Notes: a model not told the origin generated them from the sequence alone. A DNA stretch of 62,678 nt, filler included, from Platydemus manokwari (GCA_037951405.1; 6 parts of 6 records of this genome joined end to end with filler, not necessarily neighbours in it), one strand, 5' to 3'; numbered from the whole stretch's first letter, positions 1 through 15,287 are shown. Numbers and translations: made by a program.

Positions 1-487
1 TTATTATTATTATTAAAACAATTATTATTATTTATTAAAGCATTACTTGAATTCTAGTTCAGAAGTATAATAGATAATACCTGAGAAATTTTTTAATCAT
101 TCAGTATTAGTTTTCCAATAAATACTCTCATGACGACATGTTGTATTATTACAGTTATCATAACTATCTTCATTATATTTTAAATAATTATTATTATGAG
201 AATTTAATTATTTAATTGCAATTTAATTCTTAAATAAGCAAATATTATCTTTGACTATTCTTCATTGTGGTGAACATTTTAATTTGTTTTCGAAATGTGC
301 GTCATGAAATAGTATCTCGTAAAATTATTATTGAAAACCATAAATATATAGGGGCCGATAAAATAAATTTAGTTTTTCTATGTCGAGGAAATCTTATCAA
401 AATCTAAAAAAATACATTTTAAAACATTTATCTGTGAACAACGCATGTGAAATTATATTAAAAGTGTTAGCAAACCATAACAGAGCC

Positions 488-1330
488 TAAATATAATCTC
501 CATAAGCTTCAATGACACTCTGGAAGTGACGGGTTAAATTTTGAAGCCTCCGATGTTTACTCCAAATATTGGCCAAATTTGTTTCTCACTTCTCCTGAAT
601 TACTGAAGTTTTTTCCACGTCGGTACTGCTTGTTGTTCCTGAAAATAAAGCGATCCATGAGGTTTGTATCATTGAAGCTGATGGGGCTCTGTTGTGGTTT
701 GTAAACACTTTTAATATAATTGCACATGGGATTTTCACAAATAAATGTATTGACTTGTATTTTTTTTTACATTTTGATAAGATTTCATCGAAAACGAAAT
801 TTTTTGGGTCGCTCCCAACCAATCATCAAATAGTATTTAAATAATGACAACTATTTTTATTATTTAAAAAATATAAAATCCAATTAAATAAATTCCGCGA
901 TACCACAATAGATTCATATGAAATCGAAGTGACAGAATTGTCATGAATCATTTTGTTTTGTTGAATAAACTGTTAAAATCGTATGACGGGGATGAAATTT
1001 GATTGATGAAAAGTGTCTCTGTATAACTATTCAAGATTATTTTCATTTTCCACATTAATGATTCACGTTTTTTCTATAAATAATTGAAGCTACTTGATCA
1101 ATCGCAAGACCAAATGTTGAGTGAAATTCAAAAATCTAGCGCTATAAACACACAACAACACCGATTTGTTTTTTTAAATTTTATCTGCTGCTATCGTATC
1201 AAGTTCATCAGGTTTTTGATATTCGATCGTGTTGTTTAGTCTACTTTCATTGTTTGAGTCGATGTATAACATTTCATGATGAGAAAAATCGATATTAGTG
1301 GATTTATTCCTTCTTCTCTGAGGCTAGATG
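488..1330 (-). mobile_element. Decayed mariner-type transposase remnant
   Basis: Minus-strand frames give 'KPQQSP...MDRFIFRNNKQYRRGKNFSNSGEV' and a terminal 'FQSVIEAYGDYI*', resembling the mariner C-terminus (GK.F...EV; WQ.VI...GDY). Further upstream 'KPDE...KSVLLCVY' resembles KKVMLCVWW. Stops and frameshifts present. Confidence 0.55.
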
Positions 1331-1340
1331 TTTTTATATC

Positions 1341-1414
1341 TTATATATATATATAAGTGATATATATATATATATATAAGTGATATATATATATATATAT
1401 ATATATATAAGTGA
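1341..1414. repeat. (TA)n microsatellite with AGTG interruptions
   Basis: Three TA runs separated by 'agtg', seen directly. Confidence 0.95.
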
Positions 1415-4400
1415 TCAGGGTTAAAAAGACGAAACACGGTCAAAAAACTTACGTGCTGGTAACGATAAACTAATATGGTTAAGTTTCATGGGATTATACG
1501 GCTCCGTATAAATTTGAGCATTAACTTTAATTTCGGTACAGTCCTGGCAATACAATCGAAATGCCGAAACACATTCAACTATGTGTGGAAAAATATCAGT
1601 AGGATTATCTGAAACATTTTATAAGCAAAATAATATCGGAAAAAAATAGAGATAAAAGAAAAGTGACCAAATTACACTAAATCTTTTATTACATCAATAA
1701 AACCCATAAAATCAATCACATTTTCAAAAAAACTAAAAATCTTTGAAAACTAGATTCCAAAGTATCATTTTTGTTCTTTATCCTTTTCAGTCTGCAATTG
1801 ATCGTCAGATAAAAAGAGAAATAAATGTTGAAGTGTATTAAACCAATATTCAGATATAGAAAAATGTAATTTTATTTTAAATCATTATTAGTCTTCTCTG
1901 CACTTGACATTTAAAATATATTCAAAAATTGGGAAATGCGCAAAAAAACGACAATTCCCAAACACAGGTTGATTTGATTCAGAATGTATGAACTTGGTTC
2001 TGCAATTAAATCCTATTGTTTATAAATTCCCACTGGGCATCATTAATAGCCGAGACATTTTCCAAACAAAACTCTTGACATTAAGCGATCAGATTATCCA
2101 TTATATGCCAATGTATTAGCGATAAAGTTGTGTATTTTGTTCCGATAGCCATTCAATCTCGGTTGGTGACGAATTCTATCATAAAAATCATCTACATAAT
2201 TATTTATTTATTTTGTGACATTTGGCGATTCTCATTCAAAACATTTCTGGCATCAATGGAAATGCTATTCAATGCTATTCAGTAGTTTGGGTTGTGACCA
2301 TATTAACTGTAAAAGATATCCAATAATAGATTGGGAAAATAACAGATGAGAAGTACAACAGAACATTTTAATTTTTCAATTTCTCGCATTAAAAACAAAA
2401 TAATCAATGGAATTCAATGGATAATCAATGATTTGAAAATAATGTCGATAAAAATCTTAGTCAATAAAGCGATATAGATTTTCCTACAAGCTTAAACAAG
2501 TTTACAACAATTAAAAAATTTAAAAATATTTTTAGTCGACCAAATCGTAACCACTGGAACAGATGGAAAGACTTACGAAAAAAACTTTCTATTTTTCTTA
2601 AATATTTAAATTGAGAGTTGATTTTTATAATTAAATGTTTTTCTTTTTTATTGAATTTTTAACTGTAGTTAATTTTTTTGGAAATAAATTTCAATCAATA
2701 ACTTGGATGGATTTCAGCAAACACAATTCGGAAATATGGAATATAAAATAAAAGAAACAAAGAGAATAAAACCAAAATTTAAATTGAACACAAAATTTAA
2801 TTTACCATTTAAAATGAAACTAATATTTAAATAAAAATTTAAATTTAAATTCAACTCTAATTTTAAATTCAAAGAAAATATGTTCTTTATTTTAGTCAAG
2901 CACAACTGAATGTGCCATTCGCATGTTACTTTGATAAAAAAAACCAAGTTTAATAAAGATTATTATGTGTTTTATAAAAATTTCATTTATCCTCACTCAC
3001 CTTGATCAAAGCGACATTTTGCAAGAAAATATAAAAATAAGTATTGTAACATTTCGAAAAATATTGAACGCTGTTTCACTCCAAGATTTTTATATACGAT
3101 TCGAAAGGAAATTTGAAAATATTGCTGTCTGTCATGTTGTAGCAAATGCATTCCAAAATATGGAGCTTGAGCTGTCCTAAATTCTTTTTTCACCTATATT
3201 GGCTTTCATTGAGATCAGTATAACAGTATATTTGTGATTTTCTTTTTTAATATTTTGAATTTAAAAATATCTTAATAAGAAAATAAAAAAATCGTCTCAG
3301 GCACTTTTACATTCACCTGCTATTCATTAGTACGATGAGAAAAAGTATCAAAAAGTTCGTAAATAAATACATAATTTGTTCCGATTATTTTGATCCATTA
3401 ATGATACAGATATGAGTGAGATCTTTAAAAGATCCTATCTTTTCTATTTCCAGAATGTTTGCAAACTACAATGAAACCTTTTAATGGTAATTGACCGAGG
3501 TACCATATCAGAAAGTGTAAGCCTTGTTATTGATCTCTTTGAATTGGTTTAAACATCAAAAAATTAGCTTTGAAACGCCAATTAATGAGGTTGTATTTTC
3601 AGGAATTTATCTATTTAAAACCACCGACTACGAAGTTCATAATTCTTGCTATCTACAAACTTAATTTCAATGATTTACTTTTTAATGGTCTTGAGGTCTT
3701 TGCCTTGGAGAACTTAATCGGTTCTTTCAACTCTATCAAATAATTCGACAAAATAATAATAAAATACAATATAATTCTGACAAAGAATAACGACATCTAT
3801 AAGTATTGGTTTTAATCTATTAATATTATAATCTACCTAAGAATAAAAGTACATAATGAAATAAAAGTACTTAGATGAAATCATATTTGGAAATCACAAA
3901 ATTAACGGAATAATCTTATTAAATATTTACCTATTCATTTCCAGAACGAGTACGAATCTCCTTTTAATACAATTACTATTGGAATAGTGTTTCATAGTTG
4001 CCAATTAGAAAAATGCAACTCATACCCTGAATCACAATCCGATAAATTCGTTAAATCCCAAATAACGCAGTCAAATCCTCAATGAATTTTTTATTTGGCT
4101 TAGTTAGAAACTGACTGTGAAGCATCGGAAATTTTATATCACTCTCAGAGAGAATGAAAAAAATATTATTTTATTAATTTAAAGGTATCGATCGTCTAGA
4201 TAATTTGTAAAACCAATTAAGCACTGCCTGACTGCTGTTTTCAAATTTAGAGAATTAGGAGATTTCAGAATAAAATAGATCCTCGAATACTAATAATAAT
4301 GTGTATCTTGGTAAGCAAAAAAATCTGAATGATAAGTGTGAACGATGTGATGTAATGCAACAAAAATTCAATCACAAAAACTAATCCGGTCAGCGGAATC

Positions 4401-4859
4401 TTAGGACGAAAATAAGCGAAATGCGTTGTGATTTCGATTGCATCAGTCCGGGATTATAATTTGATGAAACAGAGTTCCTACCTGACATTGATGAATAGCG
4501 ATTTTTAAATTGACTCCTCTTTGTTCCCAATGATGTATAAACAAAATATAAAACTACACAGAGTAATTATATTTATTGTATTTACTAAACTTGCCCAAAT
4601 TATGAGTGAATAATAAAAGTAGCTTAATGTGAATGCAATACGCCACTCGTTTTAACACAATGAAGACTCATATTTGTAATGAAAAATCTCGATTATGCAA
4701 AAATTTAGTTAACATTGAACGTCGTTTATTTTACCAAATAATATATTATGAATTATAATTGATTTCATTATAATAACTGTCTATTTTTTATTTTAGGAGT
4801 TTATTTTTCAACTCTATAGATCGATATTTTTGGGATCTCTATGTTCTGTGTAAAAAATA

Positions 4860-5230
4860 CTGCCTTGCCACAATAAAACAATCCAGGATTTTGAATTATT
4901 TGATACATTATTGAAGGATTTATCTTTTCATTTTTATAAATAAACAGATTCCACTGACATTTACGATAAGAAAAATAATTTAATAAATACATATATAAGA
5001 ATCTACTTTAAAATATTTCTTTTAAGTAGTTATTCACACTGTTTTATTTATATAATTATAAGGAAGAAAATATACATGGAAGGGAAAACACGATAGTATC
5101 ACCATTTTCCCGCCTCTTCTGATCTTCGGCGGAGTTTTGGGTGTCCACAGCATGAGAAACTTGAAAATTCGTCTTAATAATAGATGTAATTCTAATTCAT
5201 AGAAACCAAATTTCTCAAGCAGTCAAATAT
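4860..5230 (-). mobile_element. Possible Tc1-like transposase fragment
   Basis: 'TPPKIRRGGKMVILSCFPF' resembles the Tc1 motif PTVKHGGGSVMVWGCFS; followed by 'FSY...WNLFIYKNEKIN...MYQII'. Heavily degenerate. Confidence 0.35.
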
Positions 5231-6855
5231 TCTCTGTGTAAATATCGATAGATAGATTGGTACAAATCGATGAAAAATATTTTCAATATAATAAAATAAA
5301 AATTTAATTATATATACATATATAATTAATAACATTTTCAAGGTATTGATGATATGTTTCATTAAATTATTATATTAAACCAACCAAAATCGTACAGTGG
5401 ATGTCAGGAACGTGCTACTAATTCGAAATAGAATTGTTCGAAATCTATCTTAGAATAGTTCAGAACATTATGATCCCGATTATGCTGTGTCAGAAAAATC
5501 AATGACAAAAATTGTAATGAATTGCATTGATTGCTCTTCTTTACACTATCAACATGGTACAGTCTTCGAAATTTTTTGAATCTTATTTGTAAAAATCAAT
5601 GAAATAAAAAGAAATCAATAAATTTGAATGATTTGTGTTATTGGTCCAGATAATTCAAAAAAATTCATTTATTAGTTTAGAAAGGAGAATTGTTAGAGTT
5701 TGGTGATTGCTATTTTAGCCAATCCTTAATGCGCAGTGATATGCGATAGGAGCTCAAATCAATACTATTTCGCCCGGTTACAATTCTTTGTTAATATCTA
5801 CTGTGCTAACATCTCGGCATCGTGCATGCATATCACTCAAAAAATAATGATAAAAATAACTTCTATTAACAATAAAAAAACTGTTATAATCAATAAAGCT
5901 TAGTGATAAACTTATTTATCTTTTGGAGTGAGATTGATAAGTTTACGAGTATTGTTGTGTTCTACATCAGGTAGACACAAAAATTGCATCCACAACAATA
6001 GATCTACAATCAATCCATATCTTAGAAGGGACTTGGTTGAGTTCTGTCTTTCTACAAAAAACAATAATTTTCAAACATGTTTGATTGAAAAAGACAGAAA
6101 ATAAAAACTCATTCTACCACTTTAATAAAAATTATCTAGATTCAATTTATTTATTTTCGATTTCCTGTTTCATTATTTGGTTTCATCATTAATGAATAAT
6201 TGATGAGACTTCTTGAGTACTGATGATAATGTCATTCGGATCACCAAGCCGATATTTTAAAAGGCAGCTTTTTATTTGAAATAATGATAAATCCGGAACA
6301 TTCTTTGTTTGATTTACGAGATAACATTTCAACAACATCCTCAATTATTTACTGAGTAACCGTTATTGAGAAAATTTTGCTCTCATTCAACTGAAGAATT
6401 TCAAAGAAAGGTTTCCAGTGGAGGATAGAAATTAAGAAATTGATATTTACAAAGGCAAATAATTAAATCAGATTGCACAAAGATGTCTGGGCCGTTTTTG
6501 TGGTGATTTCTATCAAAATGGATTTTAAAAATTTAAATGAAAACCTTTTCAGCGAAATTTCAAAAACAGTATTATGTATGTTGAATGATAAAGACAGAGA
6601 ATTATTTTAGATAATGATAATAATGATAATAGTACATCTTGATTCCTTTAAAAGAAAATTCATTTTTCGCATAAATTTATACTGCAAAGATAGTTATCAC
6701 CTCCACATAAACTCAAACACCTCATTATTTCTTTTCGAATCCGGTAATAAAATACATCCAATTGTTGAAGGGCTAAATTTATAATTCAAATATATCTTCA
6801 TATTTCACGGACATCTCGTTTATCATTTGTCTATTTTTACACATTGTATGGCAAG

Positions 6856-7630
6856 GAATGTCCCCTGTGCGCGCACACAAAAGGAATACAGGTGCTCGTA
6901 AATGGAAAACATCAGGGCACAAAATTTTATTACTGAGAACAAAGTATTGATTCAACGTCAAAAAATTTGTTTAAATATCGGTTTTGAGCATGGAATTCTT
7001 ATTTCTTTAGCAACGAACAGTATATTAATTTCAGATTTTATGCTCAAAGAAAATTGAAACCGAAATCTGCGAAAAGTTTTCTAAAAATTCTGAGACTTGC
7101 TAAAAAAGTCAAGAATATTCTGATTTGACAAAGTTTTTGGACAACGCTGGGACATTAATGACATCAAGTACAGACTATAAAATTTGATTTAGTTTAATGA
7201 ATTTCATTAAAGTCAAGAAAATAAATAGAATTGATGATCTACATCAGAACGTGATTGTAAGAATTAAGAACTATATTCAAAGTGATGGTGTGGTTGATTT
7301 AGATTTTATACAAAACAGGGGTCTCTGTACCCATGCTTTGTATGTACAATCTAATTACAGACAAAAGACAGAAGAAACAAAAGTAGAATGTACACTTTAT
7401 TTGCTTTAAGTAATTGCTTTATTGAAGGCCATAGTATTATCTTCAACAGTTATTTGGATACTTGTTATTAGTCTTGTAAAGAAATAAAGAGTCCATTAAA
7501 TAGGTAAATTATTTTCTTGTCTTTTGTTCATTCTTGTGCGCAGAGTGCACACAATTAATTTCAGTTCGTCATATTTTGTATAGCACCAAATATTGCGCAC
7601 AGAGATTTGCTAAAATTAGAGGGAACATTC
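6856..7630 (+). mobile_element. Internally deleted hAT DNA transposon with TIRs and 8-bp TSD
   Basis: Left end GAATGTCCC; right end reverse-complements to GAATGTTCCC. Flanks are ATGGCAAG (6848-6855) and ATGGTAAG (7631-7638). Internal frame 'QEYSDLTKFLDNAGTLMTSSTDYKI*FSLMNFIKVKKINRIDDLHQNVIVRIK' matches the hAT C-terminal dimerisation domain (SSA.CERGFS.MN.IK...RNRL). Confidence 0.87.
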
Positions 7631-9006
7631 ATGGTAAGGGTAAATATTTTCTTTTATTATTGTTCTTTCCGCTTTTGTCATGAATTATCAATGTCTATAA
7701 AATGAATAATAATTATTATTACTAATTGGAGTCCATTGTGACGATAAGCTTGATTTTCACATTAAATTTACCGCCAAAGAAACAAAAATAATAGATATAA
7801 TTCATTATAAATTTTATATATAATTAATTATATGTTTAATTATATAAATTCTATTAATTATATTTTCCAATTAAATGAGATGACAAAATTGACATTTTTT
7901 TCCAATTATATTCTTCTCCCCTTTAAATTTTCGACAGAAATACTCTTAGATCTTCATCCAAAAAATTTCTCTCTCATCGATTTTTCAGGCCTTCACATAA
8001 ATATGCCATTGAAAAGAGGAAAATTGAATTTCATTTGCTAATGTTTATAATCCATCAATTATAACTGGTACCACACTAATGGATTATCTACCGTGAAATA
8101 TTTCGATTCCCATACATTCTGTATTTATAAATAAATTTACTTTTAAATATATTATATCATGACAAAATGAGATTAAAACAGAATGTTTTCCTTCTCATCC
8201 GACTGATATTTAGTGAAGCGTAAATGTTTCCGAGAAATCTTCAATTTCTGTAGACATCAACACAGTGCAAAATTAAGGCTGAATTCATTTATCAAGGTAC
8301 TTAATATTTAGCAAAAATTTATCTTTACACTAATAATAAACTTTTCAATACGTTTAATACGCTCGACATTTATAAATAATCGGTGTACTTTAATCAATTA
8401 CTTTGTCTTATATATCTATTTTCATAAAATAGATTCTCTTTTATCTGGTAAATTCATTCCACAATATCTCGTGTTGTAAATCTACTACATTAATAGTAAA
8501 TCTAAGAATAAGTTCTACAAATCAAGAGAATGCTTTGAAATTAATTTAAATTGAAGTTTTTTTCATCTATAAATCATCTATTTCCCTTAAAATGATAACT
8601 TTCAAAATCAAAATTAATAAAAATGAGATTTTTATCGTTTTATTAGTCCGTCAGGAATGGTTAATGAAATATCAAAAGTCTTCGTCACGGTGTTTAAAAG
8701 TTTCTGAATATAGAAAAGATAAGAAATTGTTTGATAATGTTTGAAGGTCCAGATTGATAATAAACATTATTCCTGGAGTTACTTAAACAACTAAATTAAA
8801 TATTCTTTCAGAAATAATTTTTAATAACAGATGGCAACAGTATCAGTTGTTGCATTAGAAAGACGTGAGATTTTAAATAAGTAGAATTAGGCGTTATACT
8901 TCTAATCGTTTTCTGGGTAATCTCATTCTCAACAATGTTGAATATTTTATATAGGAGATATAATCTCTTTCAATATATGTTCGCCAAAGTCTTTTAGAGA
9001 TTCAAC

Positions 9007-9530
9007 TATTGGGTTATCAACAACAATTTAAATCTGAAAATCTGTATTAAGTTAAAGTCTCAATAATAACAACAACAAATCTCTACGCAAATCACAAAGA
9101 AAATCATTCAAGATGAAATCAGTGCTCGAAAGTCAAAAACAGAATGAAGAGTAATCAAAAAGACTGATTACTAAAATCACACACAAACTAAGCACTCAAG
9201 TTACTGATCAAAAAGACTTGCAAGAATCCATGGAACCTAACCTCTATTATAGGCCCATCGGATGTGTCTGCTTGATGTCACTGATCTTCGTTTTCTATTC
9301 AGTGAATTTGTTTGCAGATCTATTTACTTGAGATTTCCCTTATAGTTCCCATGTCATTGGCGGATATTTGAGCTGGTTGTCAATTGTCGATTCTTAGCTT
9401 CTAAATATGGATTCACATTAGAATGAAACTGATTGGTTAACGACACACGTGTTTATCGGGTTTGTGTGAATTGACAATTTTTTAGTGTTTTCCTTGATAA
9501 CTGTGACCCTTTTGGTTGATATATGATATA
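9007..9530 (+). repeat. Dispersed LTR-like repeat, copy 1 (inverted homolog at about 55970-56616)
   Basis: Co-linear similarity to the reverse complement of 56100-56616, with shared blocks TTGGGTTATCAA, AAGACTGATTACTAAAA, TGTGTCTGCTTGATG, ATTTACTTGAGATTT and GTGTTTATCGG. Confidence 0.75.
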
Positions 9531-11979
9531 CTGAACCCAAGGATAAGTAGAGTCTGGTAAAAAGTATATCACATCCTATTATTTAAAGAACGCAAGTATT
9601 GTCATGGTTTAGAAATTCCTTACACCCATATATCAACTATACTCCAATTTTAATGGATTATTTTCCAAATACTAAACTTAATTTCAATGATTTCATGCTT
9701 CGAAATAATCGAAAACAAACCATTGAAATGACAAGATAAATGTGCTGCGAGAAAGTTCCGGCTTTGGTCAAAATACTAGAAAATTTTGTATTGCATAATT
9801 CTTGTGGTCATTCTATAAGTTATAATTAAACATCAATTATTTCGCACATCTATAACGATTTATCACACATTTTTCATTCAAATTAATGTTTCGATTTTCT
9901 TAATCTACATTTTTAAAAGTTACTCTTAAAATTCAAAGTAAATAATAAAGTGTTTTATTCCTTTTCAATATTATTATATATAATTTATTTATTTATAGAA
10001 TATTTTATGATGATATCATAGAAACAGAATATTTAAATGAAAATTCCCTAGAGAATCAAGTGACCTAAACATAATTTAATCAAAATATACTCGGGAATTC
10101 ATGCATACAGTTAGATTTCTTCAGAATTCATATACCGTTAATTTTACTGCTACCATTGAGTTCATTTTATAATGAGATTTTTGACAGTATAAAACTTGAT
10201 CTTCATAGCTAATCCTCTATTGCAAGAATCAATATGAAAGAAAATGAGATAACTGTTCCAATCAGAACGTAAGGGTGGATTGGTAAATAATAAAGAATTG
10301 GGTTGAAATTGATATAGCAGATAATAAAAACTGACACTTCACGTCGTTCAATTTGGTTTTGTAACCACATCGGCACTGTAAAGTCATAATTCATCATGTG
10401 AGGATTTTAAAATGAAATAATTTTTTTAAAGATTTACTTTCGATTTTATATAAATTGATATTAATTTTCTGAGATGATTATAGCTAAATATAAATTAATG
10501 GAAACAGAAAACGAGATAGTCTGAACTTAAGCTTTTCATACATTAACAAATTAAATAAAGGGTTATCCTGCACATGCCATATTTTATAAATTTCAATAAA
10601 ATTCTACATAAATTTTAGTCAATGCAGCTGGTAAGCAAAAGATTAAGTAATATGATATTTTTCTAGCAGGGCGTCAATTATCAATAGTGAGTAACCAGTA
10701 CACAAGCTCATAGCTATTGTCATCCATTCTGTTAATGTCTCAAAAGTATAACCCTATTATTGCTCAAAAACTCTATACAGTTCAATGTGCTCAAATTTCA
10801 GTAATGTTAACTACTCTGTTGCATTTAAATTGCTCCAAAATACCTATACACAAGGTTTTCAAATTATCTTTTTCTAAACAATTCAATAAAAGATGATTGA
10901 TCATTTTATTTTATTTTCCTATCTTCGAACAAAATGAACTGTTAACTATAGAAACCAAATTCTTTTACTTTCTGGGAAATTCTTTTAGATCTATTATTCT
11001 CAACTCAACTCCTGCCATCTCTGCAAATATTCCGTAGCTTTCTGTTGTTATTATTTGATCTACAGATCCAACAGATATGTATTCAAACTAATGGATATCT
11101 TACGAAAATTGTTATCTTATCAGTTTTCCACAACTTATCATGAAAAAATTGAGTTTAATCTCGAAATTGTAAATTATAAATTCTTATGATTCTGATAATG
11201 ACAATCTTTCTACATCATGAGAGAGTTCTTGTCTTACTAAAACCACCTAAATTATTTGCCGTAGCCTTATACGATCATTACTGTCCCAACACTGACTGCA
11301 CCTACCAAAGTCTTTCCTGACTCCATAAATAACTCAACATTAACTTTATATATGCATAAATATAAGGACACTAACTGTCCTTAAACATCTCTATTTATAG
11401 ACTTCCTCGTTACGTATTGATCTTCTTTACAATATTCTACCTCTAACCGGTTATGTACCTGAAACCCAATCGTTACTATATGAATTTATAACTCCTTATT
11501 AATTATAATTATTATGCTTGCTTTGTAGTTTGATAAGCTATGGATTTCAATTGTCCTGTATTTCAATTCGCTGATGGCACTTTATTCCTCAGGGAAATTA
11601 ATCATATTATGATCAATATTATTGATTAATTAGCTTGTATACTTTCAAATTCCTTAATTTTAAAAATCTTCAACTCAATCTCATCTGCTTGATGCTATTC
11701 CCTCGTTAAAATGTCGTACCGATATTTTTGCTGCTGGAAAACACGCCATTAATAATGTATTATTATTATTACTTATATTAGTTAGAAGTTTAAGAACAAA
11801 CTTAGCTTTCACGACATTTGGTTAAGGGTGAACGTTAGTCTAAGGTGATACTCGAATAGCAAAACATTTTATCGTGAATTATGACATTAATTGTTTCCAA
11901 TTCTCTACATTTCCGAGTCACTCAAATTATATTTCAATCAACGAATACAAAAAATAATGATTACAAAATTAATTTCATC

Positions 11980-12570
11980 TTATTTTGATGAATTCTAAAA
12001 AAAAAATAACGTTGAAAATTTAATATCGATTCAATGTTTTGAGCATAAATGTCTCAGTAATCCGGATTTACAAAGTATTTAAAAATGATTCACAGAGCTA
12101 TGCAGATAACCTAATTTGGATGTCATCTATCAGACCTCTAACAAAACCTCAAAACATTGAGCAGGCTTCATCTATTAAATATGAAGTAATGCTTGAAATA
12201 TTAATTTCTATATTTATCTTGTTATGTTTTTATCTAGGATTGTCACATCTCGATTTTGAAATAGAAAAGAGAAAAAATCAATAACTCATCAAATTTTATA
12301 AAACAATACATTATTTTTTATCAATTTATGAAGGTTTATTCATTTATATAGTTCAGTTGATATTTCACATTTTATGATGGCGATGACGAACAAAATAGAA
12401 TTGTTAAACCTAATTCCTATTATTATCACAACACTTTTTTATGATTTTTTGAGTTTTTAAATTTAAAAAATTTTTAATTATAAATCGACATAACAAACTC
12501 CTGACATGGTTAATAATCCAATATCATTTATTTTTACAAAATAATTATAAAAATTTAGAGTATTTAGACC
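11980..12570 (-). mobile_element. Merlin (ISXO2-like) DNA transposon remnant
   Basis: Minus-strand 'GYLHSSVNH / YFVNPD / YAQNIES' (about 12025-12115) matches the Merlin motif GY.H.TVNHS..FV.P.TG.HTQ.IES. The 12350-12570 part matches non-coding parts of the 17.2, 26.7 and 27.5 kb copies. Confidence 0.78.
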
Positions 12571-15138
12571 TTATTAACTTAAAATTCTAAAATAAATAGC
12601 ATAAAGCAAATACATTTTCATCATACTATTAAAGTCTATCACAAGAATGCAGAAAATTCTTGGACAAATAATATGGAGCTAATTGAATTAAGCCAAATAA
12701 TTAATATTGTTTGTGATTTCAAATTCATCAATGGACGAATTATGAAATGATTGCTTCGAGATAATATCTAATACGTAGGTGTATAAATATCTTATATACT
12801 GGTCTATTTGTAGATCATTTGTTGGCATTGCTATAGTTCAAATAGCAAATCAACACAATCCTTATAACAGAGATTAGACAAAATTCTGAAATATTTATAC
12901 TAAATCAATTCATTATTTTCGACTGTTACTAATATATGACAATAGCATTCCTCTAAAAATATTGGATAACGTAATGCTGCAAATTAAGATGTTTTCTCAA
13001 TCGAAACTTGATAAATAATACGACTAAAATAATAATAAATTGAAAATAAAACACTTATAATATCAAATCATGAATAAGATCTTGATGAAATCTAATATTT
13101 ATCGCAACTTCAATGGCAAATTAAAAATTTAGACTTAATATAACTTTTCAATTCGATGATACTTTTCACCTGAAACTGATGTTTTCAGGCTATGTTCTAG
13201 AATCAGTAAATTTAAGATTACATAATCTCTTAGCTAGTTTTACAATTTTCGTGTTAATAAAATTTCAATAATGAGTAAAATAAATGAGTAATCAAATAAT
13301 TCTAAACTAACCCCATTTACAGCTGTATACGATGCCACTTCCTGCATCACGGAATAATAGACAATTGATCAATAAATCAATGGAATTGATTTAAATATTT
13401 ATGATGCTTGATGATTGTAAATAGAATTGCTTTTAATCTTTGACTTTTAACTCAGTTTATTATATCTATATGGAAACACTTGTAAATAATTTTCTTGCAT
13501 TTTAATCACTATGTTATATTAATAAACATTTTCAATCCATCGCAGACGAAAATCTTTAGACAATTCTATTGAATAAATAATAATTCTTGGAATAATAATT
13601 AATAACGGAAAGCTGTTAAAGTGTATTGGTTTGTAATTGATTATAATCAATAATAACAAATATATCACTACAAACCGAAACTGGATTATGATGTTGATTG
13701 AAATATTTTAAAAATGCTTAATTAAATCAATGGGGATTCATTGGTTGTAAAGGCGCTAAATATTGACAGAATAAGATTTATTTATTTAAACATCATAGAG
13801 GCATTGTGATCGATTATGATTATTTCTCATGATGAAAATAACTATTGGGCGTGATTTTTAAGTGATTGAAAGATAATTTACTAGATCATATAATTTAAGC
13901 AAAGTTTATTATTAATAATTCTTTAAATGTTCCAATTAATAATTTATTATATTTTTAATAATATGTATAATAAGATTTAGTAAACCAATTAATTAATTAA
14001 TTATTTTATGATGTAAGTTTTAAAATTGATAATTTTCATTCTATTGATTTAATCTGAAAAATTATCCCAATTCTGCCTCGACAGTTTTGGTTTTCATTAT
14101 ATTTATAAAATCATATTAATAATATTTTATTTGTCTTTGTTAAATTTCTGTTTCTGTGATTTCAATATTATTATTTTACAGTTTTAAAACGATTCCTATT
14201 TTCTATGTTTAATGTTCATTGTTATTTTGATTTTATAATTTTATCTAATATAGATATTTGTTTTATATTGAATTGGTAATGCATATAATTAGCAAAATTA
14301 TATGATTATTATTTATTAAACAAAGAAAACACAATAATTGCCATGAAATATATAGCTGATATTAATATTGTGCGAATATAATGACGCGGTAAGCTAATAC
14401 TATACTAATTATTACCTTTACCATATAGAATAAATAATCAATAAATACTAGAATCGACTTACAAATTCGAAATGACGTAATAAGAATATTAAAATAAAAC
14501 TCGAGATTTCGCTACAAAACTAAGATTTTCAATATTTATTTGTGATCAATCAATATTTCAATTAAAAATTTTGTTGTTTCAATTTCTGAAAACACATCGC
14601 CATACACATCTCATTCACTTGTCATGTCGTCTACATCGGTTTATTGATAAATAATGAATTAAAAAATAACTACGTTAAAAGTTTTTATTTGTCTTAAAAA
14701 TATTACTAAAAAAAATAAAATTATATAAAAAATAATTAAATACTTATCTAGAATAGTAAAAAAAAATCTGACAAAATATCTGAATCAAGAACCAATTAAA
14801 ACACATGACACATTTCAAACCACAAATATTTTTTTATTATTTTTATCAATTACTAAAATAATAAGAAAGACTTAGAACTGTTCACATTAAATGATTCACA
14901 TATTTACAATGTTCTCTCTGTCCACGATAATTGAATGGAGCTGCATATCATCATCAATCTGAAATGAATAAGATATTGATTTATATGGAATCCAGATCAT
15001 TAGAAAATTAAATGAAAGGAAATATAAAATATATCCTAATTGATAAACATTAAATGAAATGAAATTATAGGAATTGATACAAGTCCGAATGAAAGCTAAT
15101 TTATAGGAATATGAGTCTATTTATCTTCATTTATAATT

Positions 15139-15238
15139 NNNNNNNNNNNNNNNNNNNNNNNNNNNNNNNNNNNNNNNNNNNNTTAATTAATTAANNNNNN
15201 NNNNNNNNNNNNNNNNNNNNNNNNNNNNNNNNNNNNNN
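15139..15238. other. Assembly spacer N44-TTAATTAATTAA-N44 (six-frame stop linker)
   Basis: An identical 100-bp construct occurs five times in the window. Confidence 0.97.
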
Positions 15239-15287
15239 TTTATTCAAAATTTAGCATTTATTAATTTATTAATTCAATTTATTTTAG

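Noticed and set aside
2714-3193. Several 60-90-aa F/I/L/K/N-rich ORFs here and throughout the window
   Set aside because: Composition and length are as expected for random AT-rich DNA; many use non-ATG starts; no motifs.
5735-5837. 10-bp inverted repeat pair AGTGATATGC/GCATATCACT
   Set aside because: Single instance, no TSD or second copy seen; at most a tiny MITE remnant.
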